A stretch of DNA of 63,900 nucleotides, filler included, from Folioceros fuciformis (lineage: Eukaryota), in the NCBI GenBank assembly GCA_049999805.1. It is 12 parts of 12 records of this genome, joined end to end, with 100 filler letters (N's around TTAATTAATTAA, not from the genome) between each part and the next. Parts side by side here need not be neighbours in the genome. Positions count along the whole stretch, not along the records: positions 9,822 to 16,090 come from JBNGIO010000935.1; positions 16,191 to 20,448 come from JBNGIO010000936.1; positions 20,549 to 23,099 come from JBNGIO010000937.1; positions 23,200 to 29,859 come from JBNGIO010000938.1; 8 more parts are not named here. One strand, written 5' to 3'. Shown here in pieces: positions 11,420 through 25,096 of this stretch. The first letter of the stretch is position 1. Each line of letters opens with the position of its first letter. Position numbers and translations under genes: made by a program. The notes below the pieces were generated by a model. The model saw only the letters and a list, made by a program, of their open reading frames with translations. It searched no databases and was not told where the DNA came from.

Positions 11420-12900
11420 GGGATGAAGGGGGGAAGGGCAGGTCACGGCAAGGTGCGTGCTGGGGCTGGGTGGACGATTACCCTGGCGTTGGCGCTTGCA
11501 GGCAGTTAGGAATCGATGCATCAACAGCAGCAGCAGTTGCAGCAGAAGCCGGTGAGAGAGCATGCATAAATGGTGAGATACAAGAAGGTGTTATTTACTG
11601 CCACCTGGCCCGACCTGTGAACCACGTCCTCCCAAAGCAACTGCCCACAGCTAACTGCCGTTTGGCGCAGCTTGGCGGAGGTCGGCGAGTAGAACGCGAG
11701 CTGGCGACGCCACCACTGGCCAGCGAAGCACACAACTGGGACATGCGAAGCAGACAACTGGGACAGGCGACTGCAGGCCTTAGCTTTAACAGCGGCAGCT
11801 ATGAAGTTGTGTGGAAAAGAAGGCCAAAGGTCGACTGACCTAGGCCCCTGCCCTGCCAGTGGATAACCACGCAGGCAATCATCAGTCTATCCGTAGAGCT
11901 GGACTGGATGACGGAGGTGAGTCACAGCTTTGTGGGTTACAGCGGGACGGGGGGAGTTCAAGAGGCAGCTGCAACGGCTTCGGTTCCTTCACATTAATGT
12001 TTTCCCATGGGAGGCTGTGACGAGGGAGCTGCAGGGCTGCTGATGTGCAGGCATACTGGTGTATTAGGTTGACCTTGGGCAGGAGGAAAGACGCACATGA
12101 GAAGCATGTGCCGGATCTGGCATCCAGATCTGGCCCCAGCGTTTTGCCAAGACCAGGTCCTGTCAGCCACCATCACTTTACTCGTGAGCCAGCTGATGGC
12201 AGCAGCCTCTACTACAAGGTAGTGGTTGAGAAGCTCGCATGAGATTCCCTACCTGGACCAGGTCCTGCAGTGGGCCGCATCACGACCAGATAGACACAAC
12301 GATGCAAGTTAGTTGTAGATACTCTTGCCAGATACATGTGCGACCAGCCCGAAAGGTTGAGGCCCGACCCTTGCCCCACCCCAAATAAAAGAATGGTTGC
12401 GGGGGCAACGTATCAGTACCTCGAGATGCAAGGTTCCCATGCTTGCTCTGGCTACAGATGTTCCCTCGAGCTACCACTGTAGTAGGAAGACGCGATGGAA
12501 GATCACCTTCTGGTGAAAGGCTATGCCACCAGCTCAAGGCTATGCCACCAGCTCAAGGCTTTGCTGCAATATTTCTTCCGCGAGGATTCCAGCCCCGAGA
12601 ATACGAGGGTTTCACGCTCCACTTGGCCAATGGATACATCGTGAGCCCTGATAGCACCTCAGGTACATGCTAGGATAAAAAGCCTGACATGGGGACCACA
12701 TTCTACAGGACAAAAGCTTCACGTGGGCCATCCTCGATTTTGTGGAGACTTAACATTGCGACTCGGTCAATGATGGAGATGCGCTGGCTCCCATCACCGA
12801 CGCTTCATCATCTTTCCTTGTTCCCACCACCGTGGCCTGTACGTCCCTACACACCGTGTTTATACTGGCTTTGTCCATAACCTCTGCTACCCGTTGTTTG
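11420..12900 (+). pseudogene. Possible degraded F-box (F-box-associated type) gene
   Basis: Scattered, frameshifted fragments in the expected order: VLGLGGRLPWRWRLQAV (F-box-like), GAAGLLMC, YYKVVV, ILWRLNIATRSMMEMRWLP. No intact ORF. Confidence 0.35.
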
Positions 12901-13059
12901 TCCCACTTCGCCGCTGGTGAATTGCCCTGCCAGTCGCCTCTTTCCCTGTGCATTTTCCTCACAGCAGATTGGAGTGATGAAAGCCTCTCCAGCCCTTCTG
13001 ACATCAGAGCGGTGATGTGGATTCCACGTATGTTTTTGGGTCTGTCTAAACACCCACTC

Positions 13060-14401
13060 TGTAAGGCGAAAGAGAGGCTACCGAGCCACCCTACCTGTCT
13101 CAGATTTTTTATCTTCTTCTTCGACAGAACGTATGTGTTGCTACATACTGGCCACCAAGTAAAGACAAGCATTTGTGAGCAAGTCTAAGCCTCAGTGCCC
13201 CACCTTAGGCTGTATGCTGAATCCATTGCCACGCACTGAACTATCCCGTTCACAACCTACACAATGGATGAGGGGAGAAGAGGAAGAATTTCCAAGAGTA
13301 GAGTTCACATGATCGATGTTGACAGGCGACTTCCATCCATAAGGATTGACAAACAATGTAAGGGTATGAACTCCTGAAAAGCGAGAGATGTAACGGTATG
13401 AAGTCCTGGAAAGTGAGATATGTAACGGTACGAAGACCAGGACAGTGAGACACACTCTCCTGCTATCTTCTACTGCTCGTCTTTGTGCTAGTTGAGGATC
13501 AGTGGGAACTGTCTGAGTGGGCCAGTCAGTTTCTGTCTTTCCAGGTGGAGAGAGGTGTCACTCAAAGAAGGTGCTCCTAGCATACTGTATGTAGCAGGGA
13601 GATACTCCTCGATGTGCTTTATTACTCTGTAGCAGCACCTTCAGACTGTAGGCCACTGTTTCAACAGAAAACCTCGTTCGCATCTTCAAAATCATGGCAC
13701 CGCTAAATCACAGCTTCACCCCATTCCGTAACCTGGGATGGAGCAACGGCACAGTTTGTGTCAAAATTTTGTTCACACTGGAATTCAAGGTGTGAGCTGT
13801 CTACTCACTAGTCACTACCACCAAAGGCCATTGCCAGCTTGGCTCATCTTGAGATGTTGAAAGGACTCTCATCTTGAGTTGCCTGACAGACTTAATGTCT
13901 TGAGTTACCAGAAGGACGCAAGTCTTCTCTTGAAGACGCTTCAGCAGCAGAGACCTAATAGTCTTTTGGAGGCTGCACTTCCTTCAAATTAGGCAACGTC
14001 AGGTCTCGTGCTGATGAATTTGCATGATGGAGTTCTGCACGACCTTCCTAGGAACGAAATGTAGAGAATATTTTTGGATCGGCCATCATCTCTGGCGTAT
14101 GGCATATCAGAAGTTGAGCTTCTTGAGCTCAGGTCTCAGATACGAAACGGGTAGACTGCGTCTTTATCCAGTGACATTGAAAGTACAGCCACAAATGTGT
14201 GTCAGCAGAAGCTCTTGGATCGCACCTCGTCTCAATATACCGGGACTTCGTTCCTTCATGAAGAATGACGTTCACCTTGAAATGTGTTTAAAGAGAAAGA
14301 AGAATTTAAATTTAATAAGTTAAAGGCCGTCAAAGACTGCTATCAAAACCACGATGGCTAAAGAATAAATTAAGTTTAAAGGGTAAGCCTTTAAACTTAC
14401 A
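13060..14401 (-). mobile_element. Putative ~1.3-kb LTR; internal sequence probably continues to the contig end at 16090
   Basis: Bounded by TGTAAG (13060) and CTTACA (14401), a 6-bp inverted pair with TG..CA ends. On the minus strand a purine-rich GGGGAGTTGGGAG lies just before it. No TSD, second LTR or pol domain seen. Confidence 0.4.
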
Positions 14402-14604
14402 AGGGAGTCGGCTCCCAACTCCCCACAAGTAGGAGATTGACGTGCTCTTACATAATCCATGAAACTGGAAAATCATGAATTTGCATATTTTGATGAATTA
14501 GTGAGGAAATTAGAATATGCAAATACAATCATTAAGGTGAAAACTACGGAACACCCAATATATATAATAGGAAATAGGACATGCATATGAGGTCACAAGA
14601 AGAA

Positions 14605-14735
14605 TAGAGAGTTCAGCTCAATGTATATTTTCATAGGAGATAAATCCATAGTATACATAGATCCATGTAAAAATAGAGAGTTCATCCCAATATAAGTTTT
14701 CATAGGAAATAAGTCCTTAGTATACATAGGATCTA
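14605..14735 (+). repeat. Two diverged ~70-bp tandem copies
   Basis: ATAGAGAGTTCA..TTTTCATAGGA..ATAA.TCC.TAGTATACATAG occurs twice. Confidence 0.7.
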
Positions 14736-16484
14736 AGTATCTTAGTAGTTGGAATCTCAAATTTCTAGCACATCTGTTCAGTAATTCGATTTCATGAGGA
14801 TTGACACCTTCGAGATTTTAACTTAATATATTTGCCTTTTGAGCTTGTAAGAAATCAACTAAAGTACGGATATCTTTTAATCCAAACTATGTAGTTAAGC
14901 ACCTTCTAGGAGAATTAATGCTGGGATGTACGAGCTACAAGAAGGGCTTTTTTTACACACCAAGTGCAAAAACCTTGTACATTTGAAGTTTTGTTTTGCC
15001 CCACCGCCATGGGCAATCAGTTCTTTTGTGGCTTCGGACATAGCTTATTTAAATCTTTCACCCTCGAAGGACCTTGGTGTTTATGGGCTTGAGGCCCAAC
15101 AAAACCTTGGACATTTAAGGCTACTAGACCAAAAACACCTAAGTTTGTGTTTAGCCTAATGGTGGCGTGTCACATCCCAAGGGACTTCCAAGATGTGTAA
15201 AGAGAAAGAAAGAAATTCCAAGCTGCGTCCCATGCAGGTTAGGACACGACCCACGATTCTACCAGACACTATATAGCCGGCAACACACTGCTCGTCCTGA
15301 ACGAAGCAAGGACAGATAACAAGAGAGGTCGTGAAGTCGTGAAGTGACAACCTACCTTCTATAGGCTCGCTCGATCTTATAGGAACCTCTCTCTCTTACC
15401 TCATCTCTCTCTAGCTTGAAAATTATTATTTTAATAAGACCACTAGCCTAGCCGACTGTCACCAGCCACTTATTTAGACTTTCCTAGCACGTCCCACCGC
15501 CAATATTGATGACCTAGCCCGACAACCCGTTGACCCTACCACCACCTATTAAACTATTCTAAGACTTGTAGGATGCCTGATCTTCAAGGATCTTGCGGAC
15601 GCCGCCTCTTTCTTATTGAATGGCTTCCCGTAAAGCCTTTCCCTGCAACTGTTCCCCTTGGTGGCTGAGCTTGCCTCCATGGCCGGAGTATGAACAGTGG
15701 GAGAAGAAAAGGGAAGAGGTGAGATTCAGAAGTCTGATCAGCAGCTGGAACCGGGCCTGAAATCGGTAGCTTATTCAGCAGAATCAGCTTCTAGCCGAAA
15801 CGGTTCCTCAACCTTGGGAAACTAATCCTGGGGTGTAGGAACAGGTATCGGACTGTCAAGGGAAAGAAACAAGTAAGAAAGAGCAGAGTTGGAATTTCTA
15901 GAATTAAATCCAGAAAAAATAAGAGAGAAAATAGAAAAGAGAAATTAGGAGAAAAAAAAAGAAAAAAATACAGAAATATAGATACCATATACATATCAAA
16001 TATGTATAAAATATATTGAGAGGTGGGGGGTATGTATACGAACCATATACCACACAAAAACATTGGATACGGCAAAGGGAGGGAGGGATGNNNNNNNNNN
16101 NNNNNNNNNNNNNNNNNNNNNNNNNNNNNNNNNNTTAATTAATTAANNNNNNNNNNNNNNNNNNNNNNNNNNNNNNNNNNNNNNNNNNNNTCCATGTAAA
16201 ATACGATTCCTTGATATTGCAAGTTAATGCCTTGCAAATTCTTATTCCTTATGTGTGTTGCTCTTCGAATATGGTTTGGTATCCTTTTAGAACACTACAA
16301 GATTATTTTTAAGTTTGTTCGTGCAGAAATAGAAGAAATAAAAATTCATATGACCAAAATAACGGAAGATCTAGAGAATAAGGCTTGAAGATTCCCTCGA
16401 AAAGATTGGTGCAGAATGGGTAGAAAAATGAAGTCTTTCAATAGAAAAAAAAAACACCAAACAACATGTCTCACCATTTCCACC

Positions 16485-16602
16485 CAACAATAGGGCTCAC
16501 CATTTTTTTCTCACCATTTCCAATTACAGCAGGGCTCACGATTTCCAATCATAACAGGGCTCACCATTTCCAATCACAACAGGGCTCACCATTTGCAATC
16601 AC
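16485..16602 (+). repeat. ~25-bp minisatellite, 4-5 diverged copies
   Basis: Recurrent AGGGCTCACCATTTCCAATCACAAC. Confidence 0.85.
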
Positions 16603-17507
16603 CGTAGCTCTACATTATCATATTAAGGTGCAAGTGCGTATTCTGCGAGCACTAAAGGAAAACATGGTAAAGAGCGGTACAAATTAGAAGAAATAAAGCT
16701 CCTTATCTTTGTAACTGGTAAACAAACAGTACTTCTGAAAGTAGTGATCAACTAGGTAGTTACCCATCTTGAAAAGTTGATTTGTAGCTTCCCAACCAGC
16801 TACAAGTATCTCGGATCTTGATTTCTGAGCCGGGAAACAGGATAAGGCTGCATGTTCTTGAAAACTTATTTCCTAACTGAATCTGCAACTGCTGCCAGGT
16901 ACTCGATCGCGTTGCTGGGGTACCATGTGTGCGAAATTTATTGCTCCTGGCTGAAAGTACAACCTCCGTCGGCGTTCAGACCAAATGTATGCGGCCTCAT
17001 CGCCCCAGACCTTTGAACCATAACCACGTCATAGAGCGCCAGAGAAAAAAGGATCCAGCAACGCACTCCTTAAAATCCGTGTCCGCTTGGTACTATTTCG
17101 AATAATGCATTGAAGAGTACAAGTAACAAGGTGTCTCCCAACTGCGCGACATAACCCTGATCCAGGCTAAACCGCAAATGAATTTGCAAGTTTGTAATCC
17201 TGACCAGCCAGTGGCTGACAAAATTTTGGATGCCGACAAGTCTGTTCCCCTGCCGTATCCCCCAATACACCAACTAAGTAGTCTCATCCCCAATTAAGAC
17301 TGAAGACGTAATCAGAACTCCAGCGCGACCCTCGGCCTAAGCCAGATGTGTCTTGCTGGACAGGGAACACGTGAACTCAATCTTCTACGCACCCTGGCCA
17401 ATAATTTCTGCATACAATTAGGCGGAACCATACGGCTTGTGACGTTAGTTGTGAGGCCGTTCAAACTACTCTGAGAAGGTTGATACTCCATTACGGCGCA
17501 TACTACC

Positions 17508-20448
17508 CTAACACCTAGAACGGGTGTCCATCCTGCGTCTCCAGTTAACAAGGCAATTTAAGAAGTCCATAACCTGCGTATAAAGGTAGGGTAGCATGAG
17601 TATCACCCACAATTATATTCGGCATCGCTTTCACCAGAAATTCATGACAACAAAATTTGCCTTACCTCAGAGGGGTCCCGAAGCGTATACGCAGCACCTG
17701 TGCTTTTAGCTACAGTGGTCACCAAGATTCCACATCCATTTCCCCTCTCCCTTAAAACCTGGGACAAAGAATCCGACTTTTCATAAGTTCCGAAGTATAA
17801 ACTGCACCATCCCGAAACATAACATTTTGTACCAAAACATCGCAGCCCAAGACGACATATAAGCAATATCTCACATTGAATGCATCTTCATCAGTTCGAT
17901 CATCCCCAATGTACACAGCCAAAACATCTTTCGCGTTCTCCAGGCCTGTAGTTCATGTAACAGCTGTTCATGTTAACACTCGTGCCAAGCATCCCAAGAG
18001 GAACAGACACTATTGCAGCATGCCATAGTCACCACACAATTTCCCTGGCTTCAGTTTGAGAGCTCAAACAGGAAAGCTGGAAGCATAAAAACGCGTGCAA
18101 GTAAGAAGTACCGAGCGACTTCAAAAGAAACTCCACAGCTTTGCCTTTATCCCACTCGATAGACGGCCGTACTTCCAGCACCTAAAGTACGTCACAACAA
18201 TTAATCAACTCCAAGAATCTGGATCGAGAAAAACAGGGAGAGATAGGGCCAGTTCCACACCTTTCGTCCATGAGTCAGACATAAGCTTGGATAATCCTTC
18301 ATGACACTTTGAACCCTTTCCGCTAAGAGACCCCACTTCTGATAGAACAACACCACAGGTTACGCTCCTCACAATCTAAGCAATGCGAACACAAATCCTC
18401 ATGAGTGAAAACACTACGCCCATGCAATTGAGATACACATCTTCAGGCCAACTTGGTTCACAACCTCGCTCCCCAAAACAAAGGGCATGCAAGACACAAG
18501 GGGGAATACAATAGCTAGGAGAAGTGCTGGGCTACAGCTACCTTGCGTGCTAAGGGAAGGGGTCTCTACTAAACACTACACAATTGGCAACCCATGGCTG
18601 GAATTTGGGAGAATACGTACTAGAACCATCATGGTATGTGGGGGGCACAGCACATATGGCAACCTGACACTGATCATCATCCTCATGTCCACACCTGCAC
18701 AAGGGCAAGAGTGGAAAATAGGAGAGAGTCAGCAGAGTTGGCATTGAGTCTACATGCTATCAAGAACAAATTGCTTAGAGACGCTGAACAAGTCCAGGTT
18801 TTCCTCTAGCAGACCAGAGATTGTTTGAAACAGAGGTTATCAGCTACGGAGCTTAGGTAGACGGGAAAATTTACAGCAGAGTGAGGCCACTGCACGAAGG
18901 GACACCGAAAACGGGATAGACAGACCGCTGCTAAATGACTGAAAGGAGCTCACGAATCCATTCTTATCTAGGACATGAGGGAGTGATTTGTCTCAAAAGA
19001 AGGCGCTAGGAATTTGCGAGCAGAATGGCAACCATGGTGGCCAATGGGAGGGAACACAGAGGTTTGCACAAGAGCTAACAAGCACAAGGCGCCAGGTACA
19101 GCCAATTCCTAGGCCGTCGTGCAGAATCCAGTCAGCAGCTGGACCCTCTTACGCGGAGATAAGAGGCCCTGGCTTACAGACATAAGCCTGTATCTCTAAA
19201 TAGGGATGATTCGCTCAAAATCAACGACGAGAATGCGCATGGCATTACCTCCTCCTTCACCCGCCGGAAGTGCACAGTGACACAGTATTTATTGTTTTCA
19301 ACATTTGCACCTTCAATGTCCTTCGACTTCTCAGTCAAGACGCGACAGACCTGCACCACGAAGAAAAATGTTTTGAGCGCAGGCCCTGAGCTTGTAATAG
19401 AAGAGCTCGTTCCACTTCCAAAGATGCATCAGTTCCCACAGAGAACAAAGCAGCCCACCTCTTCCATCATAGGGAGAAACTCACGACCCGGCTGGAAGAG
19501 AACCACTTCGTTCCCCTGCGCCACATCAGAACTTCATCAGAGAAGACACTATCTGACAACTCTCCAATAGTAAGCGTTGACGACGAAGATCGCGTTGACG
19601 CACACGGCAGATCACACTCTCAACCCCGCTGGAGCTCACCTTCCTATCCTTAGTCCTGGTTCCGTCCGCCCTGTAACCGTTGCAGCCCTCGGCAGGCCCC
19701 ATGATATCCATGCCGTGGCTTCCGGCATAATAGAGCTCGGCTAGTTGTACAAACTCGTAGACCTTGAGAGGGGCAAGGAGCCGAGTAAGACAAGCGCGAG
19801 CGAAGGCCAACCAGGGGAGTAGCACAGGAATACAGAATCCACAGGGCAGCCCTCACCTTTTCTCTTCCTCGGCCGCTGATGATGGCTGTCGGGAACAACG
19901 TAGCCACGTCCTTCACAATTGCGCGCATCTGTAAAATCAAGCAAGAGCGACTGTAAGCAGGCATCCGAGCTTGCAAGAGCAACAGGTCCAACAGTGGTAT
20001 TAGCTTGTACCGAGTCTGAGATGTAGGCCTTGTCTGGGTCCTCCACAATAGGCGAGAGCGTGCCGTCATAGTCCAGAAACACCGCAATCTCCTTTCCTTT
20101 GGCTGCAGCCATAAGGTCCTCGAACATATCCAGCGCCGAGGGATGGGCATCCTGCCAAGAGGGGCGGGACATGAGACACGGCCACACATTGCCCGAGTGC
20201 AGGGCAATAGCATTACCACCAGACTGGTAGCATGGAGAATTCCATGGGGGCTGGGGAGGCAGTTAGGGATGACTTACTGTCCATGCCTGGAAGCGGGCAG
20301 TGGCGAGATCCTGAGGCCGCAAGCCGAATTTGTAGTCGCCGAGCGAGAAGCCCTGGGGCGGGGAGGCGGACTTCATGGCTTCCAGCCAGCCCATTATGTG
20401 GCCATTTTCCGCGGTGCAGGAGCTCTTGCGGTGGGCGGTGATGGGGAT
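17508..20448 (-). CDS. TPP: Trehalose-6-phosphate phosphatase (HAD family), 5'-truncated, at least 11 exons
   Basis: Exons give [16 protein letters not shown] motif [81 protein letters not shown] and [13 protein letters not shown], with the stop at 17508. All junctions are GT-AG. Confidence 0.95.
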
Positions 20449-22309
20449 NNNNNNNNNNNNNNNNNNNNNNNNNNNNNNNNNNNNNNNNNNNNTTAATTAA
20501 TTAANNNNNNNNNNNNNNNNNNNNNNNNNNNNNNNNNNNNNNNNNNNNGCTTAAGGGGCCATGTATATGTGTCCACGTATCATTATTGCAGTGCCAACTA
20601 CTCTTTGCCCTCTTTACCATTTAGTAAGCCATATGAAACAATAAGTGGTATGAGGCTAGTTGCTACACTAAATTATAATGGGGGCTTGCACAACCTCCTA
20701 ATGAAGGACAACTACGACTTGTGGCAATCTTCATTTCGTTTCCTTTGGCTTCTATGGAGGAAGAGAGGGAGGCAACGCTTGGCTGGCCGATGCATTAGGC
20801 CCCACTCTTTCTCCTCAAGGGTGCCGGGAACTCATATTCAAGGGAAAGTTACATTGGTTTACAATTATGGAAATTAAAACAAGTTCTAAAGTGGTTATTT
20901 TCAATCACCTAGTCTCGACTTCTCCTCATTGTCAATCTCCAATTGAGATTGGGCCAAGATCGTTTCACAAACAGCCTTATGGGCCACACGTTTTGTAATA
21001 GTTTTGAAATGAGTCTTTATCCATAATTGTAGAACATGGCGAGATGAGATAGTGGTAATCCCTTTTAGATGCATATGCAAAATGATGTGGGAACCGTCGA
21101 CAAAAATGGCTAGCGGCATAGGTTCTTCTTTGTAAGAATAAGGAGCTTGGTGAAAACCGTTTGTGATTCATTTGAATATAGTGTGCATAGAAACCATACA
21201 TAGAGTTAGTTATTCTTCTTATTTTTATTGTAGTTTTGCATGTGAACATGTAGAAACATTAGTTTGAGACCAAGCGAAAAACCCCTTCAGAGAGTAAAGT
21301 ACTCTAAACTCTCCCCTAATAAGATGTGCACCCAATAGTCGAATTTTGCTTAAAAGGGCTTTGGGGGAAAAACAAATTGAAAATCCCTGACATATTCAAG
21401 ATTTGGATCATTCCAAGTCGTCCAATGAAAACCTTTACCGAAAAGTAGTGTCCAAAATGCAATTACATCAATGTCTCACTTGGCACACACGAATATGCAG
21501 GTAATTAGTGGTAGTCGAGAATGAAAAAATCAAGATAAATGGTTGGTCTCGCAACCCAAGTCAGGTTTTCTGAACAAAGTAAAAGAAGGGGCTTCAAAGT
21601 ACTCAAATAACTTTGATCCTTGTTATATCTATGTAAACATCTTTTTCAATCTTTTGAGTTTTATATCAATTTTTTGAGTCCATTAGTATCATGATTTCTA
21701 GGCACATCTACTAGTTGCTTCGAAATGTGGACATTGTATCAAATTGAGAGACAAATCAAGATGATCTAGCATACCAACTTGGTTTGAGGTGTCGATTTAA
21801 GGTTATGTCACGTGTGATTAGGTCAATAGTCTTAGTTTCATTGGAACAATTTGTTTCAATCATGATTCCTCTTCAAGTGTGCAGGTAGATGGGTGTACAA
21901 TGAATGGAACATGGGACAAATTGGATCTTTTGTCTAGGCATAAGTGGCTTCTAAAAATAACTTTGCTACAAGGCAATAATCACACCCTAAACTATGCATC
22001 CACATACTAGCATCATGTTTCTGACTGAAAAGGGAGAGAATCTAAAAATGTGGCTGGTATTACCTTGCCCAATGGACATTTAAGAATCCGCCCACTTTCC
22101 GCAGACCATGTTTGAAATGCTCTACTATGAAGAAGCAGAGGAAATGTACCTGAAACAAAATAAAGATGCTTATATGCTTAAGTTCCAAACAACATTTGCA
22201 AAAGTGGTAAGTTATGTATTTTTTATTGAGTATAGTATTTTCGTAGCTAATTGTGAAAAGTAACTTGGAGTGCTGTGGTCTAAGAATGCACGGTCTACCA
22301 GTGCAGTAA

Positions 22310-22495
22310 AGCTGAAAGTGCGCTGCAGGAGTTTGGTGGACCTAGGCTAAAAGAGTGCGCCGGCAAACTGGTGTACCTAGGCTGCAAGAGTGCGTCGGTA
22401 AGCTGACGAACCTAGGCAGCAAGAGTGCATTGGCAGACTGGCACACCTAGGCTATAGGAGTGTGTTAGTAAACTAGTGCACCTAGATGCAGCAAT
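22310..22495 (+). repeat. 35-bp minisatellite, about 5 diverged copies
   Basis: CCTAG recurs at 22341, 22376, 22411, 22446 and 22481. Consensus is approximately CCTAGGCTGCAAGAGTGCGTCGGCAAACTGGTGCA. Confidence 0.9.
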
Positions 22496-23199
22496 GTGCC
22501 AATAGACCGACACTTAACTTGTCAGAGTGCATTAGTAGATCACCTTGCCTGCTTGAGTATCCTGCTACCTATCTTTTAGGTATCAAGCTTTTTCTTTTTC
22601 CCTTATGACTTTGATGTAATGAACACTTGTATGGTTAACTACAAAAACTTGGGGATACTACATACTTGTTCCAGACATGTGATATGAAGAGACTTGAAAG
22701 ATATGTAGTCATAGATTCAGAGGCAAACCATGAAGAAGTTGTGTTTGTGTAGGAGGGCACTATGCTATGAGCGAACTTGTACGGTGGTTTTTAAAAATGA
22801 CGTCCATTTGTGGCTAAATGTTGAACACATTCAGTGTATTTGAAAACATCATCGAGTTAATAATTCACAATATGTTTTACCATTATTGTCAAGTGAGTGG
22901 GACGGTAGATGATGACAACCATAGCAAAGTCTTTATTATTTAATTGAAAAAATACATGAAAAATTTAAAAATATATGTCAAGCATGCCAAATTTTTGGGA
23001 AACATGATTAAAAATAGATAATTGATTGGGATATCATTGTTTCCAAAATGTACCAAATAGGCTTTATGAAATACCACCTTTTGGTGCAAACAATGTTCCN
23101 NNNNNNNNNNNNNNNNNNNNNNNNNNNNNNNNNNNNNNNNNNNTTAATTAATTAANNNNNNNNNNNNNNNNNNNNNNNNNNNNNNNNNNNNNNNNNNNN

Positions 23200-23323
23200 T
23201 ACCTCTAGGCTACTATATATATTCCTGTAAAACAAGTCTGGTGCCACGACAAAGGGCTTCTTACCTCTAGGCTACTATATATATTCTTGTAAAACAAGTC
23301 TGGTGCCACGACAAAGGGCTTCT
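23200..23323 (+). repeat. 62-bp tandem duplication at the contig start
   Basis: 23200-23261 and 23262-23323 differ at one position. Confidence 0.9.
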
Positions 23324-23524
23324 GCCATCGCAATTAATCAGATTTTTCTTTGTGAAAAAAAAAAATCTTAAGCAGTGATCTGGAGAATTCAAAGAGGGAA
23401 CGATTCAAGTGCTTAGCGGATGAGTTATGAGCTGGGGTATAGGGTACCGTGTACTGCCATTGAATGCCTTTTGATTTGCAAAATAAGTGGAATGTATTAC
23501 TAATATACTTCCCTCCATTGTCTA

Positions 23525-23924
23525 TGTGTAGAGTGATGACTTTGTAGGGTTATTAAAGCCCAATGTGCCTAGACTAATGTGTTTAGTCTAAGATTAGTGT
23601 CTAGTTAAGTATCATTAGTTTAGATTAGCTTATGCTAATCTATAGGAAGCTTCTTGTGCAGCTTCCTGTGGGCTTCTTGTGAAGCTTCCTAGGGAGCTCT
23701 TCTAGAGGGTATAAATACCCCCTTGAGCTCCCTTGTATGGGTGACTATATTGTGAGAGTGTGACCTCTCTTTCTCCTCTCCTCTTTGCCTCCTCCTCTCC
23801 TGTCCTTCACCATGTAGCTCCTAGACCATTCCTTCAGACTTGAAAACCAATTTGTCTTTCTGTGCTGAGAAGGAAGTCCTAAAGACATGAGAAGGCCTCA
23901 TCCTTGTGCTTAAGGAAATATACA
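23525..23924 (+). mobile_element. Putative LTR fragment
   Basis: TG start, TATAAATA at about 23710, CT-rich tract, and a ..TACA end followed by TGGTAGTATC (degenerate PBS-like). No TSD found. Confidence 0.35.
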
Positions 23925-24008
23925 TGGTAGTATCTACTCCACTCATCCAAGAAAGTGATGAAGTAGCGGTGGCCACCAAAAGATTCAATGCTCGTGGGGC
24001 CACATATG

Positions 24009-25096
24009 TTAGAGTGAATAGTCTTCAACAAACATCGTTCTCGAGTGGGAGAAGAATCCTTGCAAGTTAGCTAGTTGAGTTTGGGTATCCCATGTAACTA
24101 TCTGGTCAAAAGTAGCTGGTATGGCAGAGGTGAGTGAAGGCTGTGGCAAGGTGCCATATGTGATTGACATCAGGTCATGTGCTGTGATTCTAATATACCA
24201 AATATCGTAATCGCTTCCTGTGAAGCAATCACGATCCCTAAATTCTACCTTGGTGGTGTTAATCGAAGTGGGATTAGAGACAATATTGGCCATGGTCGCT
24301 TTGCTTGTGAGCTTTGCGAGTTTCTTAGCAAAAAGTTTAGTTGTGTGTGAGGCAAGTGGGTCAAATTTGGGCATAGAATGTAAGGAGGTGAGGTGTTTTA
24401 CCTACATTTGTTTGTGGAGAAATCTAACAAGTTGCAAGGTGCAAGGCCTTGAGCTGTGGCTCAACACAGTTCGATTGAATTCTCAAATAATCAGGTGTAG
24501 TTGGTACTTTGGCTGGAAAGAGGGTGGCATATGCGCATCCATGTGAATGAGAGATAGGCCTGGTTGGCACTGTTGTAGTGCGAGAGTTGATGGGCATGTG
24601 TGATGGTAGAGTAGTAGGTCTTATCCCTTGTCGGAAGTGTCGCTCGTCGCAAATGAGATTTTGTATGCAATCTCCGTAGGGTCGTGTAATTGAAGACAGA
24701 GCATGGCCGGCTGGGGCGAGTGACTTCGCGGTGCGCTGCCATGACATTCTTGTGTGTTTCAGGATTTTTGGTTGTAGGCGCCCTTGGTCTGTTGTTGATC
24801 CATGGTGTGCGGTGTCGCAGCGCCAAATGCATGTAGCAGCTGCAATGCCAACGGTGGTGAGCCTTTAGGCTCTGATACCATGAAAATCAAAAAAGATGTT
24901 TCGAAAAGAAAACATTACTTTACAAATACATTTGTCCAAGTTTACCAATCGTAATTCAGTTATAACTACTGTAACAACGGTTAAGTCCCTGTGTAACTTG
25001 AATAAGGTGCAATGTTAGTTAAACCGATTACATAACCAAATGTGCCCTAAATTGTTTTGGATGTTTGTCAACGATAAACTCTACTTAACTCCAACA
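24009..25096 (-). mobile_element. Ty1/Copia 5' LTR (24881-25096), tRNA-iMet PBS and degraded gag
   Basis: The minus strand reads TGTTGGAG...GATTTTCA directly followed by TGGTATCAGAGC (24880-24869). Downstream peptide FTGSDYDIWYIRI..DLMSITYG..P..W resembles the Copia gag N-terminus. Confidence 0.75.

Noticed and set aside
13800-14280. Minus-strand frame with TGA/TAG/TAA stops, suggestive of U-to-C-editable or deaminated codons
   Set aside because: Stop density is about what random sequence gives, the peptide has no recognisable homology, and U-to-C editing is organellar.
22310-22495. CRISPR-like periodic array (also considered for 35555-36015)
   Set aside because: The would-be spacers are homologous to each other, the context is eukaryotic and there are no cas genes. 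These are ordinary minisatellites.
20549-23099. Possible DNA-transposase remnants in an AT-rich contig
   Set aside because: No convincing DDE, zinc-finger or TIR motif could be read, so it is left unannotated.
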